From: Lama glama
Taxonomy: Eukaryota
Assembly: GCA_028534125.1 (NCBI GenBank)
Contig: CM052836.1
Coordinates: forward strand, 9,362,001-9,426,000
Direction: 5' to 3'
DNA length: 64,000 nucleotides
This document shows, piece after piece, positions 24,390 to 53,010 of this stretch; position 1 is the stretch's first letter; the number at the start of each line of letters is the position of its first letter. The notes below the pieces were generated by a model that was not told the DNA's origin, made no database searches, and saw nothing but the letters and a program-made list of their open reading frames with translations. Position numbers and translations under genes: made by a program.

Positions 24390-26980
24390 ATCAGACAGTA
24401 TGTATACTTTGTGTTTTGTTTGTTTTTCTGCACAACCTCTTGAGATTCACCATGTTGTTATGTGTCACGATCAGTTAGAACCTCATTTTTTAAATCCATC
24501 CATCAGTTCATGGACCTTTGGGTTGTTTCCAGTTGGGAGCTAATGAGTAAAGCCACTGTGAGTGTGTGTGCACGACCTGTGTTCAGATATCTTCATTGCT
24601 CTTTGTGATGCATAAACAGAAATGAAATCTCTGGGTCATAGGATAGGAAGCTGTGTTTTCAGTTTCAAACTGTTCTCCGAAGTTTCTGTTCCATTTCACT
24701 TTGCCACGGTCATCGTATGAGAGTTGCAGTTTCTCCAAAGTCTTGCCAGCATTTGCTGTGATCAGTCTCGTAATCTTAGCCATTCTGGCGGGTGTAGAGG
24801 GGTATCTCAGTGTGATTTCAATTGCCATTTGTCTAATGGGGGACAATACTGATCTCCTTTTCCTGTGCTTGTTTGCCACTTCTAGTATATTCTTCGCTCA
24901 ATTGTTGGTTAAGTTGAATTTTTGTCTCCTTTATTGAGTTGCAAAAGTTATTTATATATTCTCATATCAGATATGTTTTTCAAATATTTCCCCCAGTCTG
25001 TGATTCACCTGTTCGTTTCCTTAATAATGTCTTTTAAAGTGCAGAAGTTTTTAATTTTGAAAAAGTCTAATTTATCTATTTTTCTTTTGCAGTTCATGCT
25101 TTTCTATTCTAGAAGTTTTTTTTTTGTTAAGCCAAGATCACAAAGATTTTGTCCTATGATTTTTTTTTCTAGAAATACAATGTATATTTTTTAGCAGCTT
25201 TTAGGATTTTTTTTTCTTTATCGCTATTTTTTAACAATTTGATTCTGATGTAACTCATGTGGTTTTCTTCCTACCTGAGGTTGAGTGACTGTCTTGAATC
25301 CTTGGGTTTATAGTTTCCATCAAATTTGGAATTTCCATCTTTGATTTCCTCAGTTTTTTCCTCTTCCATCCCCTTTTGGATGCATGTTTTTTGACCATTT
25401 AGTTCAGTTGCGTGTTTTTTGACCACTTAGTGTTGTCTGTCCCCTTTTCCCTGTTTCGTTTCTCTCTGTGCTTCACTTTGAACAGGCTCTTTTCCTATTG
25501 CTGCATGTACAAGCTCACTGACCTTCCTTCTACAGTGTCTAATGTATTTTTTAAATGTATTTTTAATCTCATCTAGCGTTTTTTCCTTTTAATTTTCCAT
25601 ACTGTCTTTTTCATCTCTAGGTGGTCCATTTAGTTCTTTTTATTTTTCTTTTCTCCCCTGTGTTTAATTTTCTCCTCATTGTTTTTATTGTTTTCACTTA
25701 TATACTTGAGCCAGTTTATATAATGAGTAATAGCTGTCTTAAGGTCCTTGTCTACTAATTACAGAATGTCTGTAAGTTCTGGTTCTGTGCCCACTGGTTA
25801 AATTTTCTCCTGGTTGAGAGCTATGTTTTTCTGTTTCTTTGCACACCTAGTGATTTTTATTGGATGCCAGACGTTGTAAATTTTATAGTGAGCGCTTTAT
25901 ACTATTGTGTTTCTTTAAATAAGGAGTGTAAGGCTGTGCTGTAGCACCCTTTTCAGTTACTGGGTGATCAATTTGATCATCACAAGGCTTGCTTTTCAGC
26001 TCTGATATAGGGCCCGTCCAGAGCCACGTCCACTCCAGGGCAGACCTAACACCACTGCTAAGGCAGGATCTTTCAGATGACTTTACCCAATGCTCTGTGT
26101 GCTATTGAGTCTCTCTGCTCTGGGTGGTGGGAATTTGACCTGTTTCCAGCCTTGGATAATCTCTAGGAGGTGATAAGACTACTGTTTCTTACTGGTTCTT
26201 TCTGGTGGCTTCATGCATGCCCAAACTGATATTCAGGGGGAGGTCAGAGACCCGTGGGGCCCCCTCTGCAGTCTGTGGAGCGTACCCACTCTCCGTGAGC
26301 AGCCCCCTCCCCTTCGGCGTTCCCCCTTCCAGGACACCGTGGCCTCTTCGTACTCTGGTCTCTGTGAAACCACTGGGTTCCCCAAAGCGCTGGCTTGGAA
26401 ACTGCTTCCTGGCAGTAACTATGTGATCATAGGACCCAGGCTCACCTCACTTTTTCCCTTTTCCCGGGGATCATAGCCCCATGCTGCCTGCTGTCTAATA
26501 TCTGAACAACTAGCTGTCCAATTCTCCAGCTGGTTTTTTTGGAGGGTGGGTTGTAGGGCAATTCCTGTAGAGTTAAATATTCATAAGTGGAGGTAGGAAC
26601 CGCTTAAGGGGCATCCAATGTATTCTTGGTAAATGTTTTAAATTCTTGCATCTTCGGAATTGTCCCTTCCCTCCAGCTGGTTGATCATTTTACTAGGTAT
26701 GGCATTCTAGGTTTGAAATATTTCCCACCAGGAACTTCAAAAACCTTGGCTCCATTTCTACCCTCAAATCTAATGGCCATCTGATGAACATTGCCTTGTA
26801 GGAAAATTTATGTATCTTTTCAAATTAGACTTTTCTCTGGATATATGCCCAGGAGTGGGATTCCTGGATCATAGGGTAACTCTATTTTCTGTTTTTTAAG
26901 GAACCTCCATACTGTTCTCCATGGTGGCTACATCAATTTACATTCCCACCAACAGTGTGGGAGGGTTCCTTTGTCTCCTG
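24390..26980 (-). mobile_element. Antisense L1 fragments (ORF2 end and ORF1/5' remnants)
   Basis: T-rich strand bias; ggacctttgggttgtttccag, gtgcagaagttttaattttga, tgcccaggagtgggattcctggatcata. Confidence 0.7.
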
Positions 26981-27129
26981 GTGTTCTCACTTTCTCATCT
27001 GTTACTCTTTCAACTCCCAACGAACAAATGCGGAAGGAGTGCTGAAATTGGGACATTAGTATTTAGCGACCCTTAACGGACCCATTAGTTGAAATGTTGC
27101 CGAGGAGCTTTTCAGTGGAAGGATCTGAC

Positions 27130-27860
27130 TGGCGTCACCCAAACCCAGATCTATCTTAGCATCACTGAAGTGGTTCACCTCCTGATAGGATGTGATAGAG
27201 TGCATGTCACCCCGTAAGGCCCCCCACCAGAAGAATGAATGTAGCGGTCCCTGTAGAGTTAGTTCTATGTACGAGAACTGGAGAGGCAGAAGAGCAGGTT
27301 ATGAGCGATCACAAGGAAGCAAACTTCAGAATGCAGACCATTCGGCAGGACCACCAGTCTGGACTCGACAAATCAGTGGCATGAAATAAACCAAAGTGGG
27401 GGCTGGGGGCTACGTCTATAAAGAAGACTTAGGAGACTCAACCATCACATGGAGTGTATGAAGCTTGTTGGAATCCCAAATAGGACAAACCAACAGCAGG
27501 AAGTCTTTTTTGAGACAGCTGGGGAATTTTGATTATTGACTGGGTGTTAGATAAAACCATAGAAATTGCTAGCTCTGTTCCGTGTGACAATGACATTGTG
27601 GTTACATGAGAAAATGTCTCCATGTTTTCGAGATGTTTGCAGCGTATGTGGAGGTGACATGGCATGTTTCAAGCCATTAATTTCATTTCAAAGTTTCAAT
27701 CCTTTGTTTATAAAATGATGTGTCTTAAAGTACTTAAAATATTTCAATCAAGAAAATACTTTTTAAAGGTATTTGCTGAATCTGGGTGATGAGTATATAG
27801 GTGTTCATTATACTCTTTTATGTTTTATATTTTGAAAATTTTTATTGAAAACCATTTTAA
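27130..27860 (+). mobile_element. Old L1 (L1MC/ME-like) 3' end
   Basis: aaaagaagacttaggagac..aacca...ggggaatttt...gtgacaatgacattgtggtta...ctgggtgatgagtatataggtgttcattatact. Confidence 0.65.
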
Positions 27861-28255
27861 CATATATATATATATATATCTGAACCATCCTTTGACTCGC
27901 CAGTGTCTTCTCCCAGGTGGAAGTGACTTCTTCCTGAGCTCCCGAGACCTCTCTTCTGTGTGTCCCACTTTGATTGTTGTGACTTGCGTATGTGTCTCAC
28001 CTCTTCGTCGTCCCATGAGAGCAGACGCCTTCCATGTTTCATCTCTCTGTCTTCTCTGTGCCTGACACAGTATGTGGTTGATAGTGACTGAGTGAACACA
28101 AGAATATAGCGTTCTGAGAGCCGGTGCTCAGGCTGTTTCAGGTCCACATGAGGAGGGAGCAATATGGGGCAAAGGTGAGGTAGCCTCGTTCATGTTGTGT
28201 CATCCTGCAGGTGAGACTTGAAAAATGCATATTTTCCAGTCTATTACTTTTTTGT

Positions 28256-28296
28256 GTATATATATATATATATATGTATGTATATATATGTATATA
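28256..28296. repeat. (TA)n microsatellite at L1 tail
   Basis: Directly visible. Confidence 0.9.
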
Positions 28297-28622
28297 TTTT
28301 TATTTATTGAAGTATAGTCAGTTTACACTATTGTGTCAATTTCTGGTGTACGGCACAATGTTTCAGTTGTATAGGAACATACATATATTTGTTTTCATAT
28401 TTTTTCCAGCATAAGTTACTAGAAGATATTGAATATAGTTCCTTGTTGCTTATCTATTTTATATATAGTAGTATCTGCAAACTTCGAACTCCCAATTTAT
28501 CCCTTCCTACCCACTCCCCCACCTGGTAACCATAAGTTTGTTTTCTATGTCTGTGAGTCTGTTTCTGTTTTATAAATGAGTTTGTTTCTTTTTTTTTAAG
28601 ATTCCACATATAAATGATCTCA
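28296..28622 (-). mobile_element. Lineage-specific L1 3' UTR (antisense)
   Basis: ttattgaagtatagtcagtttaca...ggtaaccataagtttgttttctatgtctgtgagtctgtttctg...gattccacatataa. Confidence 0.8.
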
Positions 28623-28834
28623 NNNNNNNNNNNNNNNNNNNNNNNNNNNNNNNNNNNNNNNNNNNNNNNNNNNNNNNNNNNNNNNNNNNNNNNNNNNNNN
28701 NNNNNNNNNNNNNNNNNNNNNNNNNNNNNNNNNNNNNNNNNNNNNNNNNNNNNNNNNNNNNNNNNNNNNNNNNNNNNNNNNNNNNNNNNNNNNNNNNNNN
28801 NNNNNNNNNNNNNNNNNNNNNNNNNNNNNNNNNN
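28623..28834. other. Assembly gap (212 N)
   Basis: N run. Confidence 1.
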
Positions 28835-29329
28835 TTCAAGTTCTTTGGTCTCTTCTTTAGCTCACAGTCATAGGCTCATCGCTACACTGTTCTCACCTAG
28901 GAAGTGGGCGTGGCATTAGTGGATTTGTAGGGGGCTGGACTCGGAATGCCTGGCTGTTGGCAGATGCTCCACCAGGGCGGAGGGAACTCACCAGTGGGAG
29001 GCTGGCTTCTCATCCTGCCAGCCAGCACCCAGGATGAGCCCTGGCTTTGAGGATAGGCTCACCTGTTCCAGCTCTAAGCTGCCCACCTAAGTCTCACAGG
29101 TCAAGTCAGAAAGGTAAAGCTTTCGACTAATAACACGGCAGGGTTTCCAGATCCCAGACTTAGGAGGCACTCAGAGCTGGGCATAAGGCCGGCCTGTAAC
29201 TCACTACTAGCTTGACTTGGTGACTAGCTTCAGGTGTCAAGTCCATCTCATCTGTAGAAAGAAAGTAGCCCTGCTCACCTCCCATAGTTACTAAAGAAAC
29301 TATTACTGTTGACTATTTGTATGTGTGGA

Positions 29330-29535
29330 ATAATAGTAAAATATTTATTAAACACTGACTACAGGCCACACACTGTTCAAAGACGTGCCACTAGCGTGTA
29401 ATAACTAATTTAATCCTTACAACACTGGGGATAGAAGCTATTACTATCTGCGATTAAGAGACAGAAATGTTAAGCAACTTCCCCAAGGACACACAGCTAA
29501 AAAGTAGCGAAATCTGGATTCAGACCTCAGTATTC
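29330..29535 (-). mobile_element. MIR
   Basis: tttaatccttacaac...gttaagcaacttccccaaggacacacagcta. Confidence 0.65.
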
Positions 29536-31382
29536 TCGTCTAGCGTGCTCTGTGGTTCCCCCCAAACAGGACAGTGTTTCTGGGGCATCTGGTTCCATGT
29601 CTGGTACCCAGGGACCACTCAACACGTGACAGTGCCTGCTATTTAAAAGAGTTAACCAGAGTCAAACTGATTTTTCTGTCGCAAATCCACATGCATTCTG
29701 GGGTTGACTTCACGCATGAGAATCTTTCAACCAAATCATCCTCCTGTCTCTCAAATAACGTGCTCGGTCTTCCAGAGCCGCCAGTGTGGGTGGAGGGACT
29801 CAGCGTGGTCAACACTTCCCTGGGCCGCGTGGCAGCCCGCCATGCATGCTGGCCTCTGTCCCCCCGCCCACCACGGCCACCCCCTCCCTAGCCCCCAATA
29901 CCAGGCCCTCACCCCAAAAGGAAAGATTGGGGAATCCCAACGGGTCCCAGAGCCAGCTTTGGGTACCATGATGCTCAGAAGAGAGACAGTGTCACCCGGT
30001 CACCCTCCAGGTAGCATTTATCTGGTGCCCTTATTGGTTTTGTTACTTTCTGACTCTCATCCTGTCTGGTTCACATGACAGCCGTGTGGCCTGGGTACAG
30101 GCTGCGGGTCCTTGACTTCTGTAAAATCTATGTTTTTGCTTCGTATGTGTCAATATCCCCCCAAACATTTTCCATCTGTTGAATTTAGACTTTAACACAT
30201 CAGCTGGTGAATGAACTGCCACCCACCTGCCAACAATCCTGGCAGGACAACCATTTTCATCTGCATAGTAGTGTTTGCACAACTGCTTTTAATATTTTGG
30301 TACATTTTCCCCTAGTTTTACACAAATACTCAATGGAATTATGCCTGTAATCATGAGTATGTGTGTAATTAAAAGACATCTGTGAAAGGCTAAAAATAGA
30401 TGAAGATTTGCCAAATAGGCAGGACATAATTGAGAATTTCATAGTGTGGTTTAATTCCACAGAAACAGAACTGTCCCCTCACCCCCAAAACAGGAAAGTC
30501 CGTTGTTTGACTTTTTCTGACATTCACCGTTGAACATGCTTTTTCAGGATGTCTTTATGTGTGAAACGAGGAATGGCTTCACACTTCCCCCATTTTATAG
30601 GCCAGGAGACTGAGCCTCCGAGATGAGGTGATTTGCCCAAGTTCACACAGTCCGTGCCCAGCCTTTTGAGCCCAGTTCCTTGGACCACCCACTCCCCCTG
30701 GACCAGGGATTAGGGAGACAGCTGTGCGAGGCTCTGCCTGGAATTCCGGATTCCCTTCTCCAGCAGCTCCTTGGAGATTTCTCCTCTGGGAGGGAGGGCT
30801 TTGGAGGCAGGCAGCAGCCCAGAAGAGGAGAGGGCAGGATGTCTGAACCTAAACCTGAACTGTGGGTCCAGGGGATGGAGCCCCATGCACCTGCTGTAGG
30901 CAGCGAGCTTGGGGCAGCATGGAGGCTGAGAATCCCCTCCAGCGCCCGGCTCTGCTGCCATCACTATGACCTTTGCAAGCCACCCCACCGCTCCATCTTC
31001 AGCTGTAAAATGACGATAATTGTAACCACCCAATGGATGCTACATGAATATCCAATAGATCATATACGGCAAGTCTTTCAACTTGTGAAGTGCTGGCAAC
31101 TGTAAATAAAGAGTTTCTAGTTGCTCTGTTTTCAGTTGCTGCCTCCACCATATCCCCTTTCGGGATGTGTTTCAGGCTTTAAGCATCTCCCCTGGGGCCA
31201 ACATCGATCTCCCTGCTCTGGTCAGTCTGCACAGGGGTCTAATCCATTCCAAATAAACAAACAGAAGTCCCTTCCGCTTGCTAGCTCCCCCCACCACTAC
31301 AAACACACACACACATATGCACAGGTGCACGCATGTGCTTGCTCTGTCGTGCACACACACAGGTACACGTGTGTGCACTATT

Positions 31383-31390
<8 letters not shown>

Positions 31391-31423
<33 letters not shown>
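31391..31423. repeat. (AC)16 microsatellite
   Basis: Directly visible. Confidence 0.95.
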
Positions 31424-31424
<1 letters not shown>

Positions 31425-32099
31425 CTCACACCCTTCTCCCATCCATCCTTCCCTGGAAGGCGGCCAGCGCCCTCTCAGTGCAGCAGGGCCACCGAGACCC
31501 ACCGGGACCTGCACGCATTGCCTTATGCTTCTGCGAGGACCGAGGACCGCGTTTCCTGGCTCCACCCAGCCTGAAACTGCTAAAATATCACAGCAGGGTG
31601 GCAGTGCCAGCCCCAGCACAGCTCAGCTTGTCACGTGGCTTCCTTCCTGAGTATCTCCAGTCTCCAGTCAGAGCCACTGGGGCGGAGGGTCCCGGAGGCA
31701 AGCTATGTATTGTTAAAACCCATGGACAGACAGTGCTAAGAAGTCAGAGGACTAGGAAGTGTCAGCAGGGATAATTTAATCTCAGGGATTTTACTTCCTG
31801 TCAAGTTACGTGAATGTTGAGTGATGTCGTTTAAGTGGTTGTAAAGGTTTGCTCAGAAAGTTTAAGGACTGGTGGCCAAGCGGCTGACCGGAGAGGGCTG
31901 GTCCTTTGGGCAGGCGCAGAAGCAGAGTCCAAGGCAGGAAAATTCTAGAAGCTGCTGCCTGCTGCCCCTTCATTGAGCCAGGAGCCTCGGGGAGGTCAGG
32001 AGAGGCCTGAGACCCAGGCAGCCGTTCTGCGGGGCTGGGGCTGGTCCGGGTCCAGACCTTACCCACCCCCTGTCACCCAGCAAGTCAGTCACGAGCTCT

Positions 32100-34515
32100 T
32101 TTCATTTTTCTGCTTCGACCAATCAGATATACTTCCTGTCAAAGACTTCAAGGAGTACGTAAAATCCTAAGAAAGAAGGAAAAAGTCACACGAAGTCCTA
32201 TTACTTGAGATAAACAATAGTAACATTTTAGGAAATAGCTTTTTAGGGCCCTGCTTTGCATTAAGACCCACCCACACACACCCGCACACACACTTTTTTT
32301 AATTTGCTTTTTTTCCAGGGGGTTGGGGGGGGGCGTTCTTCCTCCCTTTTCTGTCTCTACCTCCCCCGATGATAACCAAAGTAAACATCTCGGTGTTTAT
32401 CCTTCCAAACCTCGTTTCAGGTGTTATAAATACACAGCACGTGCCTATATGGGGCTTTCTGTTCTCAATCTTTGGTTTTTTAAAGATGGGACACCCTCAT
32501 GCACTTCTTGGCACCCTGCTTTTCTAATGGTATGTTGTAGAATTTCCTCTTAGCCTCACTGGTGAAGATCTGGCACATTCTTTTTAGTAGTTATATAATG
32601 TTTTAGAGACTTTTAAAGGGCAGATGTAGTCAACAGTTCCCCAGGTGGTGAGCAGTTACAATGTTTCTTCTGTTTTGTTTTTTGCTGCTGCATCTCTTGA
32701 TGCAGTAAACACTTTTCATGTCTCATGTATTCCTATATAATGATGTTTTATTATGCTGTGAGAGTCTCAGAACGGGGAGTGTAAATCAAAAGGTATGTGT
32801 ATTTTTTTGTTTTAATAGAATTTGGAAGATTGCTTCCTAAAAGTTTGGTAACATTTCATATTTTATTTGTTCATAAGTATTTATTAAGCACTTACTCCGT
32901 GCGAGGCACTGGTTTAGCGATTTGGATTTAACTATATATAAAATAAAGATCACAGCCCTCAGAGAGGTTTCACCCTAGAACTGGAATGGGGAAGAACAGA
33001 TGAAAAGACAATAATAAATACTTTTGTACCAGAAATGTAAAAAAACACAATTTTCCCTTTCTTTACCATCAGCGATTGGTATTACCATCCCTTTTATTTA
33101 TTGCGCAGTCGTACTGATGTAATGTTTCCTTGTTATTTTGATTTGCCTTTTCCAGTTGGTAAGTAATTTTAGTATTTTTCACATGCCTCCTTAGCAGTTT
33201 GGATTTGTGTTGGATGGATTACCTATTTATAATTTTTACTCATTTTCCTGTTGAGTAGATTATATACTAAACCCATACTTTTTGTCGGTTTTCATGAGCC
33301 CTGTGTATATTATAAATAGACATTTGTTTGCTGTATGGTTCACAGATCTTTTCCCCAATTCATTACTTAGGACTATATGATGGTTTCTTTTACCATTAAC
33401 ATTTATGAATTTGCCGTTTTGTTATGAATATGTCTTTTTGTCTTCTCTTAGCTTCTGGCTTCTTTGTTATCTCCAAATTCTGAGTCATGTGTAGTCTCCT
33501 AAATTTCCTTCCAATTAAATTTTTTGATTTTTTAATATATTTTTTCAATACAGCTGGAATTTATTTTTTGATATGGTGTGAGATAGGCGTCCAATTGTAT
33601 TTTCTTCTAAGTACATAGCCATTTTCCCAGCACCTTTTATTAACATAAAGCATCAGTTCTCCACCGAATTAAAATGTCACCTTTTTCACATATTCAGTTC
33701 CCGTATGTGCTGGCATCTGTGTGCTTATGACTCCGCTCTGCTGGCTGTACGTCTATCCCTGTTCCACTTTTATGCTGTTTTGGTTACAGTCTTCTTTTTC
33801 ATAATTTTAAAGCTAGGTTAAAACTTTATTTGGTCATAGAAACCTTCAGGTAATTTTATCCAATTAAAAATTGTCATTATTGAAAGTACATTTGATTCAC
33901 ATTAGGAACAAGAAGTACGTCATAATCAAGAAAGCAAAGAGATTATATAAAACAATATGATGTAAAACTTCATTTGGCAACACATTGGAAAATGCAGAGG
34001 AAACCAAAGACCCCCTATAAATCATATAATTTATCAAAATGGTGCTGCAAGCAAGAGGGAAAATGGCAACAGACAAATTCCCGTAGAAGAAATTGGAAGT
34101 TTATTTAAAGATCTACTATTTAAAAGCACCTCAGGAATAGATGACTTCCCAGCTGAGTTGAGTCTAGCTTTTAAAGAAGAGGTAGTTTCAATGTTATTAA
34201 ACTATTTAATACTATAGGAAAAAAGACAGAAGAGCTCCTTGGTATGTAATGAAGCCAGCATCATCTTAATGTCAGTTCCTTACGGACTAATTGCACTTGG
34301 GAATATAGATTCTCATCAGAAATAAAATTTTAGCAAATAGGATCCACCAAAAATTCTAACGCATTGTGATCAAATAGCTTTTATTCCAGAATGCGAGGAT
34401 ATTTCAGTAGCAGAAAATTTATCAACCTAATTCATTACATCAACAAGTTAGAAAGAAGAAATACTGTATGAACAGATACTAAATAAGCACCTGATAAAAT
34501 TCAGTAGCCGTTCCT
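32100..34515. mobile_element. Old L1 with antisense 3' part (to ~33890) and sense ORF2 part (~33900-34515)
   Basis: Switch from T-rich to A-rich bias; degenerate DAEKAFDKIQHPF-like coding near 34475-34515. Confidence 0.6.
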
Positions 34516-34854
34516 GGTACAAACCCATAATCCCTTATCCAAAATTTGGATACCTAAAAATCCCTGAAAACTGAAATACTGACCTGTAACTTTGACACTA
34601 CATTTCATTTCATGTGAAAGTTGATCTGAACTAGTGCAAAGAGACTGCTTAAATACAAAAAGTTTTATTCTTTACAAATGTGAAATATTACCTGTTCGGA
34701 ATGTGAAACATACTCAACGAAACGCTTGTGGCTCATTTGTTACCATGACTCTCTGTCCTCTACTTAAAATTATTACCGTCTCTCCTTGTTTCAGGGTGAG
34801 TTTGAGGAGAAATAATCTGAGGCATGTGCTTTTAACTCTCCGGAAGAAATGTGT

Positions 34855-35042
34855 TACTGTGTTTCGTAGAATCTAAGACACCGCTGCTTGGAAAACTCGC
34901 ACTTACTTTGTGTATCACTAGAAGAGGGGCGGGAAATGCTCCTAATTGCTCTGTGAATCGTCATCAACCGAAAAACACATCTCGGTTTCAGAGACGTTGA
35001 AATGTAGGGGAAAAGCGCATCTTACACTACGGCGAATACATC
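34855..35042. mobile_element. TcMar MITE (MER104-like)
   Basis: Imperfect TIRs tactgtgtttcgtagaatctaaga ... tcttacactacggcgaatac; internal atttcagagacgtt-like motif. Confidence 0.6.
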
Positions 35043-35974
35043 CAAGGCAGTCAGAAACTCCCCACCGTCCACGCTCCCTTCAGACAAGAGCAGAACCCAA
35101 GCCACTTCCCTTGTAAATGTCCGCATCCGGGGGTGGGCCTGGCGTGAGCTGGAGTTGGAGGGGCTGGGGTCCGCCCCGGCTGCTTTGGCTCTTTGTTAGT
35201 TGTTTGACAGGAACCAGCTATTTAACATCTCAAACCTCCTACCTGCACTCATTTCAGAGCATTGACAGGATGGTAAGAGATAGGGTTTGTGAAGTTCCGG
35301 GTAACAGGCAAACCCTCCCTAGACAGCCGCTCCTGGAATGAGGGCGGGGGTGACGTGGCAGTGGTGTTGGCTGTGGTCTCTGGGGTCTTTCCACGTCTGT
35401 CATTTGAAGAGTCTTTACTCAAGAAAAGTCTTGACCATATTTCGCTCACCTCTAAAGAAGACTCCCCCGTAGGACTGAGAAGTTGGCCTTAGACCCCTGT
35501 GTTGTCACGATGCCCTAAATCATGGCATCTCATCTGAAATTCTGAGCTGGAGAGATCCTCAGAATGTTCTAACGTGGGCCCAGAGAGGAAATGTGACCTT
35601 CCCAAGTGAAGACTGAAACCCAGACCAGCAGCCACATTGGCCAGGCTCTCTCTAGATGCCAGGGCTCCTGTCCCCAAGGGCCTGAGCTCCGCCCTGGGAG
35701 TTTCTAGCAGTTTCTTCAGGCCAGGTGATCTCTGCATCCCAGACCCAGGCGTTTCTTCTCTCTGGGACGTGTCTTCCCTTTCTAGGGGAAAAGAGGGAGG
35801 CAAGTTTAGCCTGCCCAACCCCCTTCTGACCCCGTGTTCTGACTTTGACCTTCACTGGCCTGCTTCCTCCCCACCTTTCTTGTTGGCCACCGGAAGGGGC
35901 TTGGGGGAGCTCTTGGGAACAGAGGCTCTGAAAACCTACTCACGTCGCCAATGTGCTGTGTGCTCTCCGACAGG

Positions 35975-51862
<15,888 letters not shown>

Positions 51863-52009
51863 GCCCCGCGGGGGGACGGCGCCCGCGTGACTGACCAGGC
51901 GTGTTCACCTCGCGGCTCATTCGGCGCCAGACGGGCTGGACAGGCAGGGAGGGGTTGGCACGCCCGTTTCTCGGATGAGGAATGAGAGGTAGAGGGGCCT
52001 GGCAGGGGG

Positions 52010-52235
52010 GTCCCAGCCTGGACTCCGAGCCGGATCCGTCCGCATTCGCACCCTTCTCTGGCTGTGTGCCCCTGGGCAAGTTACTTTGCCTCTCTGTGCC
52101 TCCGCTTCCTCGTATGTGCAACGGGGAAGAACCACAGTTGTACCTACCTCGTACGTTCCTCGCGAGGATGACATTAGTTAGCCCCGGTAAGGCATTCAAA
52201 ATAGTGCCCGGCACAGCCCGAAGTGTTTGACATTG
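52010..52235 (+). mobile_element. MIR inside the BLK 3' UTR
   Basis: ggctgtgtgcccctgggcaagttactttgcctctctgtgcctc.g.ttcctc...aatagtgcccggcaca. Confidence 0.75.
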
Positions 52236-52457
52236 TGTCTGTAAGGCTTCACGTGCTCTCGCCAAAGCCGAGCAGTCGGGTGGCCTGAGTCCTGCTGCTC
52301 CCACCTGCGCAGGCCGCCCCCTGTGCGGCCCCCTTTCTGCTGCCCAGGAAGCAGGACTGGGTCCCCCACCATTCGGCTCGGCGGAGCCTCCCCTTGCTTG
52401 GCTGCGGTCAGGCAGCCCTGACCCAGACTGGCCTCCAGCACTTTGGGACTTTTCTGT

Positions 52458-52463
52458 AATAAA
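52458..52463 (+). terminator. BLK: BLK polyadenylation signal AATAAA
   Basis: First AATAAA after the stop (~600 nt 3' UTR), overlapped upstream by TGTA and followed by a GT/T-rich tract (tttcgcgttccgttcc). Confidence 0.85.
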
Positions 52464-52645
52464 GTCACGAGAACTGACCTTTCGCGTTCCGTTCCTGGTG
52501 ACAAGCCTGGACATCGCATACATGACGTTCGTGGTTACACGAGTGGCGCCGCCGGGGACTCACGGAGGACATTGGGTTTCCGGTGGAAACCCAGCCCCCA
52601 GCCCCAGCACGACGGTGCAGGCCTTTTAGGGGAGTTTGAGTGGAG

Positions 52646-52659
52646 CCAGCAGGTGGCGC
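52646..52659 (+). promoter_or_regulatory. Candidate CTCF site
   Basis: CCAGCAGGTGGCGC is an exact match to the CCASYAGRKGGCRS core. Confidence 0.6.
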
Positions 52660-52879
52660 CCTCACCTCAGAAATCCTCGGTCTCCGGGTCCGGGTTGGGG
52701 CCGGCGCGGGGTCGGGGGTTGGGGGGTTCCTTTGGCCAGGGAAAAGACAGCTGGGCCTCTGACCTAGGCTGGTCGGCACATCCCACAGCCAAGCTGAGCT
52801 CGTTAAGTCTTCTGGATTAAAGAAACAACCAACCTTGACACCGTGGGTAGAATCTTAGCTGAAAAGACCTTAATCAGTC

Positions 52880-53010
52880 AACACTGTGTATGAAGAGAGG
52901 TAGATCCTATGATTCTCATTTTACAGATGAGGCAACTGGGGAACAGAAAGGGTAAGTAACCGGCCTAAGGCCACACAGCTGATAAATCACGGAGTGAGGA
53001 CACACTACTC
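52880..53010 (-). mobile_element. MIR
   Basis: cattttacagatgaggcaactgg...taagtaac..gcctaaggccacacagct. Confidence 0.7.
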
